From contig CM119379.1 in NCBI GenBank assembly GCA_051294905.1, forward strand, positions 26,846,001 through 26,910,000: a DNA stretch of 64,000 bases, read 5' to 3'. Below are positions 50,801 through 62,958 of the stretch, in pieces. The stretch comes from Botryllus schlosseri (Eukaryota). Under the pieces are notes generated by a model. The model was not told the origin of the DNA. It did not search any database and was given only the letters and a program-made list of their open reading frames with translations. Within the stretch, counting starts at the first letter, position 1. Every line of letters begins with the position of its first letter. A program made the position numbers and the translations under genes.

Positions 50801-53800
50801 GTGTAAAAAGAAATTCAATTGAATATAGTATATTGATATTGAAATAAGCCCGAATATTTTCGGCAGGGGTAATCGTTAGCAACTAGTAGAGAATTGGAAA
50901 GAACGCTGTATATCAACAATTGCATGCAATGTTATGATATGCATTACACGATATTCTTTCCAATTCTATTCTATGGTTGCTGACGATTACCCCTGACGAG
51001 TGTCAGCCGAAAATATTCGGTTTATTTCGATAAAGAAAACATTATTCCATTGTATATTGAAGTTCTGTAACTCCAAAAGTCTCAAACTATATTCGACTCG
51101 ATTTCAAACTATTTTCTGCTGCAATATAAAGATACGAATTGAGAGGACGTCATACACCGGTAGTTTACCGACTCGATAGCGTAATGGTGAAGCGTCCGAC
51201 TTTTTGATCGGTAGGTCGTGGGTTCGATCCCCGGCCGGGTCAGACCAAAGACTTGATATGGTATCCAAGACTTCCCTGCTTGGCGCTCATGCATTACTGC
51301 TGGGATAGCATGGAGGAGTGGTGCATGACTTAGAAAGCCTTCACAGGCTATATCTGCACCTTCCTTGTCCCGCGGCATATGCACATTGCACAATTGAACA
51401 TCATGTACTCATAGTATGCATATGCACAGATCGTGTGTATGTATATTTTATATCATTAGTCGGTGTATACGCCGCAAAAACATCAAGGACAAAAATGAAA
51501 TATGTCCTTTCCTTTCCATATAGGCTGGAAATTTCCCATATATCGTGGATGATATTTAGTGCTTCTCACATATAGATGGAAATCTTCGCACGGATAGGTC
51601 AAGTGGGAATAGAACTTAAAACAACATGCGGATTAATTGGTTCCATTTCTGCTCGTAGTATTGACGCACGCACACGAATTTTTTCGCGAATGGACTGAAT
51701 CTGGATTGATGTTGCACTAACGATCTACTTATCCTGATATGACGTCACTGATTCGATTTTGAATATGTAGTGTGCAGGTGACCACTATGAGCGAAAATTT
51801 TCAGCTCTTCTATATTACATTAGAATTAGAATTACTGGATTCACAAAAACTTCGAAATTGAATTAAGTTCCAGATTAGAGAGAAACAAAACAAAAATAAA
51901 GTCCAGTTCATGTCAAATCAGAGTTCATCCTGATAAGCACGATAATGGCAAATGTCCGCACACCAAGATTCTCTCGTTTGAAACGATACAGTCATCCTGT
52001 AACATTTACAGCAATACCATCAATTAGATTAGAATTAAAATGAACGCACAGAAACATTTCACAGATTAGCATTAAATTACCGGCATGTCGATCCAATTAA
52101 TCATTTAGACAATTGGAATTATCTAGTTGTCCAAGTCTGGCTCATTGTCACATAATTCGTAGTCCAGGCGATCGCGATCATGTCGCGTATAGAACACAAT
52201 TGATCGGGCAATGCATTGTTTGTAGGAATTCGTATCGGCAATCAAATTACTCTCGCGTTTGACCCGTAATTTGAGGCCAACAGACAATGCCAACTACACT
52301 CACACACTATTTAAAAATCTGCCTCAATCGCGCAACACAATTCAACACAATAGAATACATTTGATAGATAGCAACCCGCAAACGCGATATATTGTTTGTA
52401 GGAATTTATGTCCAAGCAAATTACTCCCGCGTTTGACCCGTAAATCGAGGCCACCAGATTATTTAAAAATCTGCACCAATTGCAAAGCGCGTTTACGTGA
52501 TTACTACGGGTAACAATAAAGTGACCTCGGCGGTGACAGTCGGGTCACAATCATTACACCATCACGCGAGCGTTTGAATTACATCAACGTTTCTGTCGAC
52601 GAATGATTTGTGGTGGGCAATCTATTTTGACAGCGGCCATAATTTGAGCGCACAAGGTCAGACCAGAAATGGCACTACACGATAAACAATCTCCGCTTCA
52701 AAGTGAGAAGAGGGCAAAGGTGAGCAAAGCTGATTTAAATCATCGACTTTGTTTGCGTGCGCTACAAACATTTTCACCAATAAAATGTAACAGTTGTAAT
52801 CGTCGCCTGCAGTCGCGATTAACAGCAAGTTCGGCATGATGAGGTAACCGTAAACGATGACGCAATTCGTACAGCAAAAAAACGCTGACTAGGACTTTAC
52901 ATTAGTTTGTCTGATCAAAAAAAAACCTGTTGGTTCAGCGAAGCGATCAAATGTACATTACTTGTATTATTGAAAAGTTTCTTAGAGGTACAGAACTTAT
53001 ATAACTGAATATTCATATTGAAATAAGCCCGAATATTTTTGGCTGCCACCCGACATGGATTATTGTTGGTAACTACCAGAGAATTGGAAAGAACATTGCA
53101 TATCAACAATTGTATTATTGAATAATTCATATTATTATTTCAATTGAAATAAACCCGAATATTTACGGTTGACACTCGTCAGGGGTAAACGTCAGCGACA
53201 TTTCAAGAGAATCTTCAAACACATCTTGTACTCTGGAAAGTCATTGCCTAACGGTAGCAACGCTAATTTTGCGGCAATGAAGCAATGAAAACTCTCTCGT
53301 TGTCTTGTCAATTGAGCAACCACACACTTGTCACTCACAGCATTGCTGAATGGCCAGTCAAAACGTCGGGAAAAGTTGATTTCAGCTAAAATTACCTCCT
53401 AAATATGCAGAAGAAATGCGAAAGTGTCTTGGATTGCTGTCATAAGAGCTTAGAATTTGCCTTCACGTTTCCTGAGGTCAGTAAAAAGTTAATTCGCAAT
53501 TACCGCGGTAAAGAACAAATGCCGCATCTGCTATTCTCGCGCGCCGTAATAAGCTGACCTGAATGACACAATCATATATGCGCCAGCGCCCGGCAAGTCT
53601 TTCAAAGCGATTACCCATCGCGTTGGATATAATCATTCTTGCCGTAGAAAATAACCGGCGTAATCCAATTACGGTAGCTTTTTGAGAACGCAAAGTTACG
53701 GGTGTAAGGAATTGTTTGTTTTATTTAGTGCTGTTCACGAACACTCTTTTCTGTGAAGGCATATTCGATCTTTTACCCATGTCATTCCGGTTGCGTTATC

Positions 53801-56800
53801 GTATACTTCATGTTGCTTTTGAAGCAGACCATCTGGAATCAGTAGATTTGGGAAGCACTTCGACATCGTATACTTGAAACTCAGTTCACCTACGGAAACT
53901 GCGCTGAAATTCCACTGTGTCGGTCATGGTAACATCAACGATACCCTTTATATATAGTTTAGGGCAGTGGTTATTATTCTTTACTAATCTAGCGGACCGT
54001 TACGTCACAAAATATCTACTGCATTAAGCATCTAATACATTACTATACAATTCTGACGCACGAAATTAACTGTGCAATGTGCATTAGCGACAGTGTTAGA
54101 AGTGCAAAACTATTGTAACATGACTTTTAAACAAAACAAAAATATCATCATGGATATTTGATGCGAATCATTGTGTCTTCTACTGTATGAGTCCGGTGTT
54201 TGTCTTCACCTCCAAACCCCTGAGTCTGCTGGCTCAGCGAATACTTGGGGTCCGTGTGTGTGTGTGTGTGTGTCTGTGTGTGTCCGGTTTAGAACCATTG
54301 GGTTAGCGAGTGATTGTATGGGAAATAATTTTATCGACACCGATAAAAGTGACATCCTATTTCATTTCAGTTTACTGCTTGCTCATATCCTTAAATTAAG
54401 AGACTCTAGTGCGTTATTGATACCGGAGTTGTGCTACGCTGCAAAAGGTCGCCAATCAGGTATCCAAAGAAAGGAAGTATTAAATTCTACTAGGAAACGG
54501 ATGCGATCTGCGCTAATTTGAAATGTAATCGACCCGAAACACCTCGATTGATTTATTCTTCAATGCTTGAGATCCAGAGAAACCTTCGTATAAAACGAAT
54601 GTTCTCGATGACGGAGGAAATGATCGTTAAAGCAACGGTGAAGTTGTAATCCGACACGCTGGTAATGAACCGACGCGTTCTGTTGGTGTTGAGCTCGATG
54701 ATAATCCTCGTCTTTACATAAACTAAGTCATGAGAGAAAAAGCGTAACGCAATGGCACAACACCGGGCTATTTTGTCTGTCCGGGCACTCAGCAGCTAAG
54801 CAAATTGTAATGTTTACGAAAGGACGTCGCACTCAGCCCGGCGCAGATGACCCACGATGAACGCAACACTTACGCTTGCGCTCAAGCTCATAATCTTCAT
54901 TTGGAAGTCATCGCAGCCGTAATCATGTGTTAGAAACTTATCATACCTATGTAAACCATCCATTCTTAGTTGACACGGGCGTCATATCCATTTTCATCCT
55001 CATCGTTGAAGAGGGCGCGAAGCGCCTGAGATGTTTAAATTAACGGATCATGGAGTATTTGGTTGTATTGAGTGGGTAAGCATAGACATATTCAATATAT
55101 TAGTTATGAATATATTAATTAGAGAGTTCTGTAGTAAAATGCCTATGGCCTGGCAGACTCGGTTTCGATGATTCTGTTATATCGAGTCTCCCGTCTATAC
55201 CTTACTTATCTGTATATCGCATTGCACCAAATTTGCTTTTTTATTGATTTACGCGGATGACAAATAAAGATTCTCTCTCTTTGGTTTCAACAAAACCTCA
55301 GCTGATCGGGGTCTCGGCAACCTAAAAAGATTATTGACGTCATATTGTTAGGAAGTAGTTGTCATAGAACATCGTAAAGTACCTATTTGGGTCTCGGCAA
55401 CCCAGACATGCGCACAGCACCAGAAAGACTTTTGGTGTCATAATGCGAAGTAAGAGTTGTCAGGCAACATCACGTGCAATGCGTTTCGCATTTCATCAAA
55501 GGAAAGCGCTCGGTTTCTTGACCGAACTCAAGATGGAATATTATGGGCACATACAAATTAAGTCCAAGTCCACGCAACAGTCATGTCGTCAATCACGTAG
55601 AAACGTTTCGTTTTGCTATAGTCAGATGTCAGGTCACAGAAAACACGACTTTCCGAGAAAGGCGTCGAATGCAATATTTTCTCTGAGAGTGAGACGAATT
55701 TGGTTTTGATCATATTTTGTCGCTTCGTAGAAAATGCGAGCACTCAGCAAGCTGGCGTGAAGCGGGCGCAACATCAAATACATTCTCGATCAATCCTGAG
55801 ATAGAATTATCTGTTTCTGTCTGGGATCTTTTTATGGGCATCTGCAATGGTGCGTGGATGTCGGACATTTGAAATCAGTTTGAGGCATCGACAACGAGCC
55901 CCCCATTTGGTGATTATTTGGGCCGTGGATCATCGTTTTCGATATTTTACATTAACATCGTATGTGCCCAACGTGCCAAATTAAGTGAATATTTGCATTG
56001 CCAATTTGCTCAATAACTCACACATAACTACCTACGTTGTTGAGATTGTTGTGTAACATTGTTGTAATTCATGTCAAAGCCATTTGTAACTTGGGCGTTT
56101 ATATTTTATTCTGATATTTGATAATTATATAGGTTGATACGCTGTTGAATGTCTGTAACTGTGTAACCGCCATTTTCGACCTGGGCTCAATTCTGATATT
56201 TTGTTTGACGTTGTTTCATACGACCACCTTTTGTGGTAAACACTGTGTATTTGGTGGACCGTGATGCAAAAGACCTTCCGGCGATAAGCCACAAAACCAT
56301 ACTAACATTAAAATCGATCTCATAAGTCTGAGAGAATGTTGTCAACATTTTATCCAAGAGGCATAATTCTCCACATATATATGGCCTTCTATTTTTGAAT
56401 GCCATCAATCTAAGGTGTAGCAATTAGATTATCAAGCGTAATAGGCAAGCAGATTGCAAACTATATCGGGTTACATGCAAGGAGAGAAAACGCATCAAAA
56501 CCTGTGTCGTATCTTGACGCAGTCCGAATACGTCATCACATTGTTGCTAGACTCATATGGCGCCCAAAGTCAAGAGCGGCCGACTGTAGTCTGGGGTGAA
56601 ATTACGCGACTCTACGTATGCTGCAGTAGGAGTTTTTCAAATTAGGAGCATCTTATACATGCGTACGATCGAAACGCTATTAACAGCCCAGAATGTCAAG
56701 GCGTAATAGACGCTGCACCACGAAACCCCGATGCATACAATTGATACATACACTGTTCAGTGTTCATACCTTGATACTACCCTGTATGTACAACTGACGC

Positions 56801-59800
56801 AAATGATAATAGGTAACTGTCTTCCAGCAATTGACTTAGATCAGCGCCTCTTGACCTTTCCTACGAACTTGGCGAACCCTTACACTAATCTACAAGCCTT
56901 CGGCTAAACCCGAATTTTCGACCTTCACAAAACAAAAATCCCCCACAGTACACATATAATACATTAGGCTACTGTGCAAGACCGGCGAACAAAATGAACT
57001 GTGCATCAACGACAGTGTTAAGAGAACAAGACAAGTAAAACCATGACTTACACGCGAAAAATGAAGATTATAATAAATATTTACTGCTAATTAGTGTGAC
57101 CTGTGCTGTATATGAGTATGGTTTGTAACTTGAACCCCCGAGACTGACTCCGCGAACCCCTGGGTTTCACGTGAACCCCAGTGAAGAGCAATCGACTCAG
57201 ATGGTTCAGATTCCATGGTCAAACGCGAATGTTGAGTCATCATTAATAACGGCCGGTTGTCGCATTTTCGGCGCGAATAATAGAACTAGTCGAAAAATAA
57301 CGGATTATCACGAAACAAGCACATACTTGAGTTGACGATCATCTAACTTTTGGTTTTTTGAGTGGTTCTAGTTCTAGTTGGGAGTTTTGAAAAGTGAGTA
57401 GTCCTAGCTCTAGACGAGAAATTTGAGAATCCAGTACTGTACAAGTCTGCCTACCTGAAGGATGTGAGGGATTCCAGAGTCCCAAATATGCAACGTAACT
57501 TCTTTGCCGTCGATCGAGATCACGTGGTCGTAGATAGACTCTGCAAAAAACTTGCAAATCTATTTTTCTGATTACGACTAGACGCAACGTAAGAAAGAGA
57601 AAGGCTAAGCCGGTGCAGTGTTTACAAATAGTCTGCGCATCGTCTATGTGGGAAAACATATAAAGCTGGAACCTTCTAATACGAGACGGTTTTAATACAG
57701 TTTTGTGCTAGGATAAGTACGGAGGTGTTTATTGCAAAACAATAATCTCGCTGTTACATCAACAATGATAAAATGAATTATTGCGAATGAGTCACAGATT
57801 ACAATTGGCGATACGTGAGTCAACCGCCCCGTTCGCTGTTTAGATGTTATCTCGCGTTTCTCAAATATACGCTGATTATGGATTTAACACCGCTAGCGTT
57901 AAAATAGCGTCGAATCACAACTGTGAGCAATATTTTGGGTATAGAGATGCTTTTCTAAATCGTTAGGCGTACAACCGAAGGTTTGCCTCTTGAAATAATC
58001 ATAAATTTGGAACCACGAATACGAATCACGAAATACTAGTCAGTGCTCGAGATTAGGTGACCACGATCTGACATATCGACCTCGCCTTCCGTTACATGCA
58101 ACATCATTTTCATCGCTTGTTCTTTTTATGGTATCTTCCACGACTTCTCATTCAGTATGTAATGTGCAATGTGCATGCCTCTTCGTTATATGCTCTAGGC
58201 CGGGGTTCGCCGGAGGTCAAGACACACTGGTTTGCAGTAAATATCCAATTATCAACTATCATCTTTTAGTTTTGTGTCAAATTCGTGTTTAATGGTTTTG
58301 TCCTTTTACGGGTGTTTTTAATATACAATTCATTTTGCACGCAAATCCTCGACAGTACTGCATTATAGATGCGTATACTGTGGTAGGTTTTCATTTTTGT
58401 GACTTGACGAAAAATTTGGGTTCGCCGAAGTCTTGTGCAGATTAGCGCAAGGGTTCGTCGCGTTAATGAAGATTTAAAAAAAAACACTGCTTTAAGCCAA
58501 AGTGGGTGTCTGATTTTAAATGCTACTCCAAATCATTTCAAGTACTATCTTTTCATTGCATCGAAATCTTGTAGTGTTTTGAATCGATAGGGTTTGGGTG
58601 CGGGTTTAGGATATGATTAGGGTTAGGGTTAATTCGTGACTGAATGTGCCACTGAGTGGAGCTCTTCCAATTTTGCGTGACAAGCAAGGAATTGACAAAA
58701 TCCAGATTACGAAAGCTTATGGGGGGTGACGTAAACAGCGCGACGTGTAGAATTTAAAGCCAGAATTCCAAAGCCTGTTGCCGAAAAATGGCGAAGTAAA
58801 AATCAACAGCGATTTACCACCAGTCGATCGTGCCGGTTTATAGACATAAGTTCCCGTAATTGAGCAAGTTGTCGCGAACTGTGGAATGTTGTCGCGTAAT
58901 ACAATTCTGTTGTTAAAACTACATCGTTACATCGTCCTTTGCCAAATTGATTTCCATTTGAATCTTTGTTGATATGCTTATTATTGTGCAGTTAAGTATG
59001 GATAAGGGGCACGCGGAAAGTTTACGCGTTACATAAATTATACTGCACACAAAGATTGTAGTCTTGAGAGCAAATTCAAGTTATCTATTCAAATTCTTGT
59101 TTTGGTAATGGAATGAACGACTTGATTGCGATATTTGTTTTGATATCATTGCTAATGACGCGATTCTCTGTCAGGCATGCGAAGGCGCGGAGACGCGTCG
59201 CGCTAAAGTAGCTCGACACGCCGGTAACAAGCGCCTCCTCGCCGCAAGTATGAGGCGTGTGCAATGGAGATAGGCCAACACATTTCTCAATCTTACCTTC
59301 CAGCGCAAGTTTGTTTATCAATGTAATAAGGTCAACTTAAAGTGGCGCTAAGGACAACACGAGAAGCTATATATCAAATCGCTAAAACTCTGATCAAATC
59401 ACAAACACTGCATTCTTTGAAAATCGGGTTTGAGAAGGTTCAAGCTTGGATACTATACTCACTGACACCAAGACATTGGATAATGTAGTGTAATTTGCAA
59501 TATCGTCGGGATGATTTCTATATAGTTTTCATCGTATACGTTTATGTACCATGTAGGCTTAATTCAGTATATTTAAAACAGTAGTATTTTAGCATAGTAT
59601 AGTATAGTACAGGGGTCTCAAACTCAAATTTGCTTCCTAGTTTTTGATGACGTCGCTGGCCGCAGCATCAATAATAGGGGTAGGCCTATTCGCGGTCTTT
59701 CCAAGTAGGCAAGTAGGCCTTATTTAACGGGACCTTGCAGAATGACATTCCACACCCAACGTGAAAATGTGATTAACTACGTACAAATTCACGCCTGGCA

Positions 59801-62800
59801 CGAAAAAGTCACACTTTGAAATATTTGAATTAAATTGTTGTTGTACTTGCTTTTGACGCGGGTCGCGCAAAATGTTGTCGCGAGTCGCGTGTTTGGGGAC
59901 AGTTGTAGAGTACTAGTATAATGACTTAGTATATTAAATATACGTAATTAGCCTACATGACGCATAAACGCATACGATACAAACTATACTATAGTCCATG
60001 TTACTAAGACCAAACGATGTATATATAATGTATATTGATTTGATTCGAATTTCTTATAATAATTTACACAAACATGGCGCACAAAACCTGTGGCGTGCTA
60101 AGCGCAGCTATCATGATTTTACTACCACTAATGATCATAATAAATATACTTTGAGTGGAACAGAGACATAATCTAAGCTTAGAAGAATCGCAGCTGAAAA
60201 AAACATCGATTCTGTTTAGCTGGAGAGTTACAAGTTAATGCGAACGCGGGAGTTATCCGCGCGAAGTCGATGTTTACAGAATCCACCGAGCAGTTGGTCT
60301 TAGTCTTGTTTGTTCACATGTTGTAATCATTCGGCTACAGAAATAAACCGCTCTTTCAAGAAGTGGCGCGGATCACGGCGCGCGGTGGGAGGTTGCGATG
60401 CGGATAAAATTAGATTACAGACTCCTGCCTGGAATGTTCAGAATTGGAACCCGCGATGATCCAGACCAGGATTCCATTTGTAAGCATACGGCGGTTTTGG
60501 ACATTGCAAAAGCAATGAATTCTGTCGAATTTATGCGAATATCTGCAGCGCTCTTACGGATTCTCGGCCGGTTGACCGATATTTGAGCCAGAGTTGGTCA
60601 ACTTTAGACAATTTTCAGCTTTTACAAATTTGATTAAAATTAGAATTACTGAATTCTCAGAAAACTTGAATTAAAATAAACCCGAATAGTTTCGACTGAC
60701 TCACGTCAAGATTAATCATCAGCACCTATAGTAGAGAATTGGCAAGAACATTGTATATCAACTATAGTATCACAAAATATGACGTCATCGGCATGAAATG
60801 GCGAATAATCGGGGCGAATGAGTGTCAGCCGAAAATATTTAGGTTCATTTCAATATGAATATTTATTCCAATAGCATATTGAAGATCTGTACCTACAATA
60901 ATTTTTCAAACTGGGTTATATTCCGAATTAGAATAAAATAAAACAAAAATCGAGTTTGAGTTGTTAACGATTACCCAGAGGTGGCCGACGATAATCACCG
61001 TTTGTACTCAAGTAGATGTCGATATCGCGATTTAAAAGTAAGTACTTTGAAAAGTGGTACTTCATTGCCGACTACCTCCACGATTACCCCCGCCCATGGT
61101 CATCCGAGCATATTCGAGTATATTTAAGTTCAAGCACCAGTAGATATAGCGATCTAAAAGTAAGTATTTTGAAAAGTAGCCTAAGTACTTAATTGCCGAC
61201 CACCTCCACGATTACGCCGGACACGTGTCAGCCAAGCATATTCGGGTACATTTCAATATGAATATATTATTCAAATGTACAAGTACACTGAAGTTTTGTA
61301 CCTCCAAGAGGCTGGTATATATAGCATCCTGATCCACGGACCTTCGCGGCGAATAAATTCTACAATGCGGGGGTTCAACCACCAGCGCGAGATTTCTACT
61401 GAGCAATGCTGAATGCTGGAATGATTTGATATCGAACATCCAGAAATCCCCGACAAAATCTCGCAAGGAGCGTATGAATGCACCTACATTTCGTCACTGA
61501 ATAGATGCCAAGTCCAAACAAAGATTCGTAGCCGGTTTGAATGCCTAAGTTATCCGATAATTCTCTGAGTCATTGTTGCGCCACGTGAGATTGCCAACCG
61601 TGAACATTATTGTTCTATAATACTAATCCTACCCGCTCTCAGTTGGTCTGTGATAGAATAGCGGCCTTCGAAAATCCTGACCTGCATCGACCCGGGGGGT
61701 GGGTGGGAGTAGCACCAGACAACTCCTACGTCATATGCGATAAGATAACAAAGCTAATTCGGTCAAATATACTTAAAGGCGTTTACTGAGTCACAGATAT
61801 GAAACGCATAAAACACGGAATACAAATTTGCTCTTAACTTGGACGTACGTTTGATAAAGCAATGTTTCTTAACCGGGGTTCGCTGAAGGTCAATGCCCAC
61901 ACCCGTACACCAGCACACCCATACAGTAGAAGGCACATGTCTTTACATTGTATCGCAGTCTTGTGGTGTATGATGAATGATGAAATCATTGAGAAAACTG
62001 ATAAATTGTTGTTGGCAATGCACAGTTCATTTTGCGTATCAGTGCTCTATAGTAATGTTTGAGAGCCACTGCGATAAAGTGTGCGCTCTGACTATATTCG
62101 ACTTGATGCAAGGTTCGTATTCGTATGCTTTCTTGCCGAACGGATTGAAGCAGCGCTATTGCGGGATGCATCAACACCGCCATCTTCCGAATGAAAACAA
62201 TTGGAACTGTGACACAACACGAGATGAGTTAGCGCCAACTGGCTGATGCAAAAGAGCGAACGAATCACATTCAATGAATAGTATATTCAATTTTTCATAT
62301 TGAAATAAACTCGTCGAAATCCACTAATAGAGAATTTGGAAAAAATATTTTATATCAACAATCGTATCACCGAATTGCATTCAGCATGTGTAGCAGCTGT
62401 CTCAGCAGGGTGCCAATATTCTTCCACCAAGTAGCCTATACCAACCCAACCTCAATTCCAATGACCTTAATCTTGATGACAAAGTATTCTGCGAAGCACA
62501 TGCTTTGAGATATTGGCAAGTGTAGCTGGCGTGCTCGCGCTTCAGTCGCATAGACGTATATGGACAATTAGATTCATTTCACTTTGTTCTTTGATATTTG
62601 TCAGTATATTGCAGTATGATTTGATCCTGGTAAATCTACAAGTTTCTGACCACTATACTTACTACTATCTGGCTGTTCTGTGTTATTGAAGAATGCTCCT
62701 TGGACCGGCGTGTGTGATCAGGAATGCAAAAGAACTAGAGCTGTTATTTGCCAGTCGGCTAGTGCGGACAACAGAAGCATCGACTCCAATCGAGCACTAA

Positions 62801-62958
62801 ACCAGCGTGTCTTGCAACACGTCGTTAGTCGTTACAACGACCACTACAGCATGTATACTGCAACCCTTCACGTCTTTGCCAAGAAAATAAATCGGACTTA
62901 CCCGAGTTTGAGGCATATTCGCCGATGAATCTCTTCGTGAGATATCTGACGATCAACG
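44865..62958 (-). CDS. RASL11-like: RASL11/RASL12/RERG-family atypical Ras-like GTPase, paralog B, 5'-partial; exons 62902-62958, 57455-57540, 44865-45515; exon 1 with G1 not found in the window
   Basis: Exon 2 ALIVRYLTKRFIGEYASNS|E (57 nt). Exon 3 ESIYDHVISIDGKEVTLHIWDSGIPHILQ (86 nt). Exon 4 KQPEKDLDK...RLAWADAVIVVYSI...GNKSD...ELSVSRD...RNLSL*. Exon 2 and 3 lengths and all intron phases are identical to paralog A, and all boundaries are GT-AG. Confidence 0.9.
46932..47345 (+). mobile_element. Charlie-type hAT fragment with a transposase N-terminal relic
   Basis: Left end CAGGGTTTCCCAAC. 47126-47200 reads MSTLPAKERSESYIKLGFAYLHDK*, like the KRKYxESYLxFGF start of Charlie/ZBED5 transposases. 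The right boundary is uncertain. Confidence 0.55.
48816..49150 (-). mobile_element. hAT-Blackjack-like MITE, third copy
   Basis: TACGGTTACCATATTTTGAGATCCGGGAAAGAGGACAC start and AAAAGAGGACA repeats. Aligns with 34300-34673. Confidence 0.6.
49865..50085 (+). mobile_element. 5'-truncated tRNA-SINE family copy
   Basis: Aligns with 51300-51517, including the 3' end ACAAAAAT...ATGTCCTATTCC. Confidence 0.75.
50815..51085. mobile_element. Long-palindrome MITE, near full-length
   Basis: Both arms are present around a short central loop. Same family as 34875-35238. Confidence 0.8.
51167..51517 (+). mobile_element. Full-length tRNA-derived SINE with a (TTTCC)n tail; core resembles the MetaSINE-type central domain
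   Basis: A box TAGCGTAATGG, B box GGTTCGATCC, then GGTCAGACCAAAGACTTG...ACTTCCCTGCTTGGCGCTCATGCATT, and a CCTTTCCTTTCC tail. Three further partial copies occur in the window. The Meta-domain match is from memory. Confidence 0.8.
51800..52140 (+). mobile_element. 'AATTAGA' family MITE
   Basis: Right TIR GAATTATCTAGTTGTCCAAGTCTG is intact and the body aligns with 11318-11674. Confidence 0.7.
53965..54300. mobile_element. Charlie-type MITE containing a (GT)n microsatellite
   Basis: Ends CAGTGGTT and AGAACCATTG, flanks GTTTAGGG / GGTTAGCG (6/8). Confidence 0.55.
57455..57540 (-). CDS. RASL11-like: Paralog B exon 3 (G3-containing, 86 nt), missed by the ORF track
   Basis: Acceptor TTTTTTGCAG, (E)SIYDHVISIDGKEVTLHIWDSGIPHILQ, donor GTAGGC. 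Aligns without gaps to paralog A exon 3. Confidence 0.92.
59610..59905. mobile_element. Charlie-type MITE, degraded
   Basis: Left end CAGGGGTCTCAAACTC, right end GTTTGGGGACAGTTG, flanks resembling GTA(T/G)AGTA. Confidence 0.5.
60588..60960 (+). mobile_element. 'AATTAGA' MITE interrupted by a long-palindrome MITE (about 60670-60895)
   Basis: CAGAGTTGGTCAAC left end, then palindrome-family sequence, then the MITE body resumes at TTCCGAATTAGAA. Confidence 0.65.
62902..62958 (-). CDS. RASL11-like: Paralog B exon 2 (57-nt exon, switch I), missed by the ORF track
   Basis: Acceptor CTTGCTTTTCAG, (A)LIVRYLTKRFIGEYASNS, donor GTAAGT. Same length and phase as paralog A exon 2. Confidence 0.93.
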
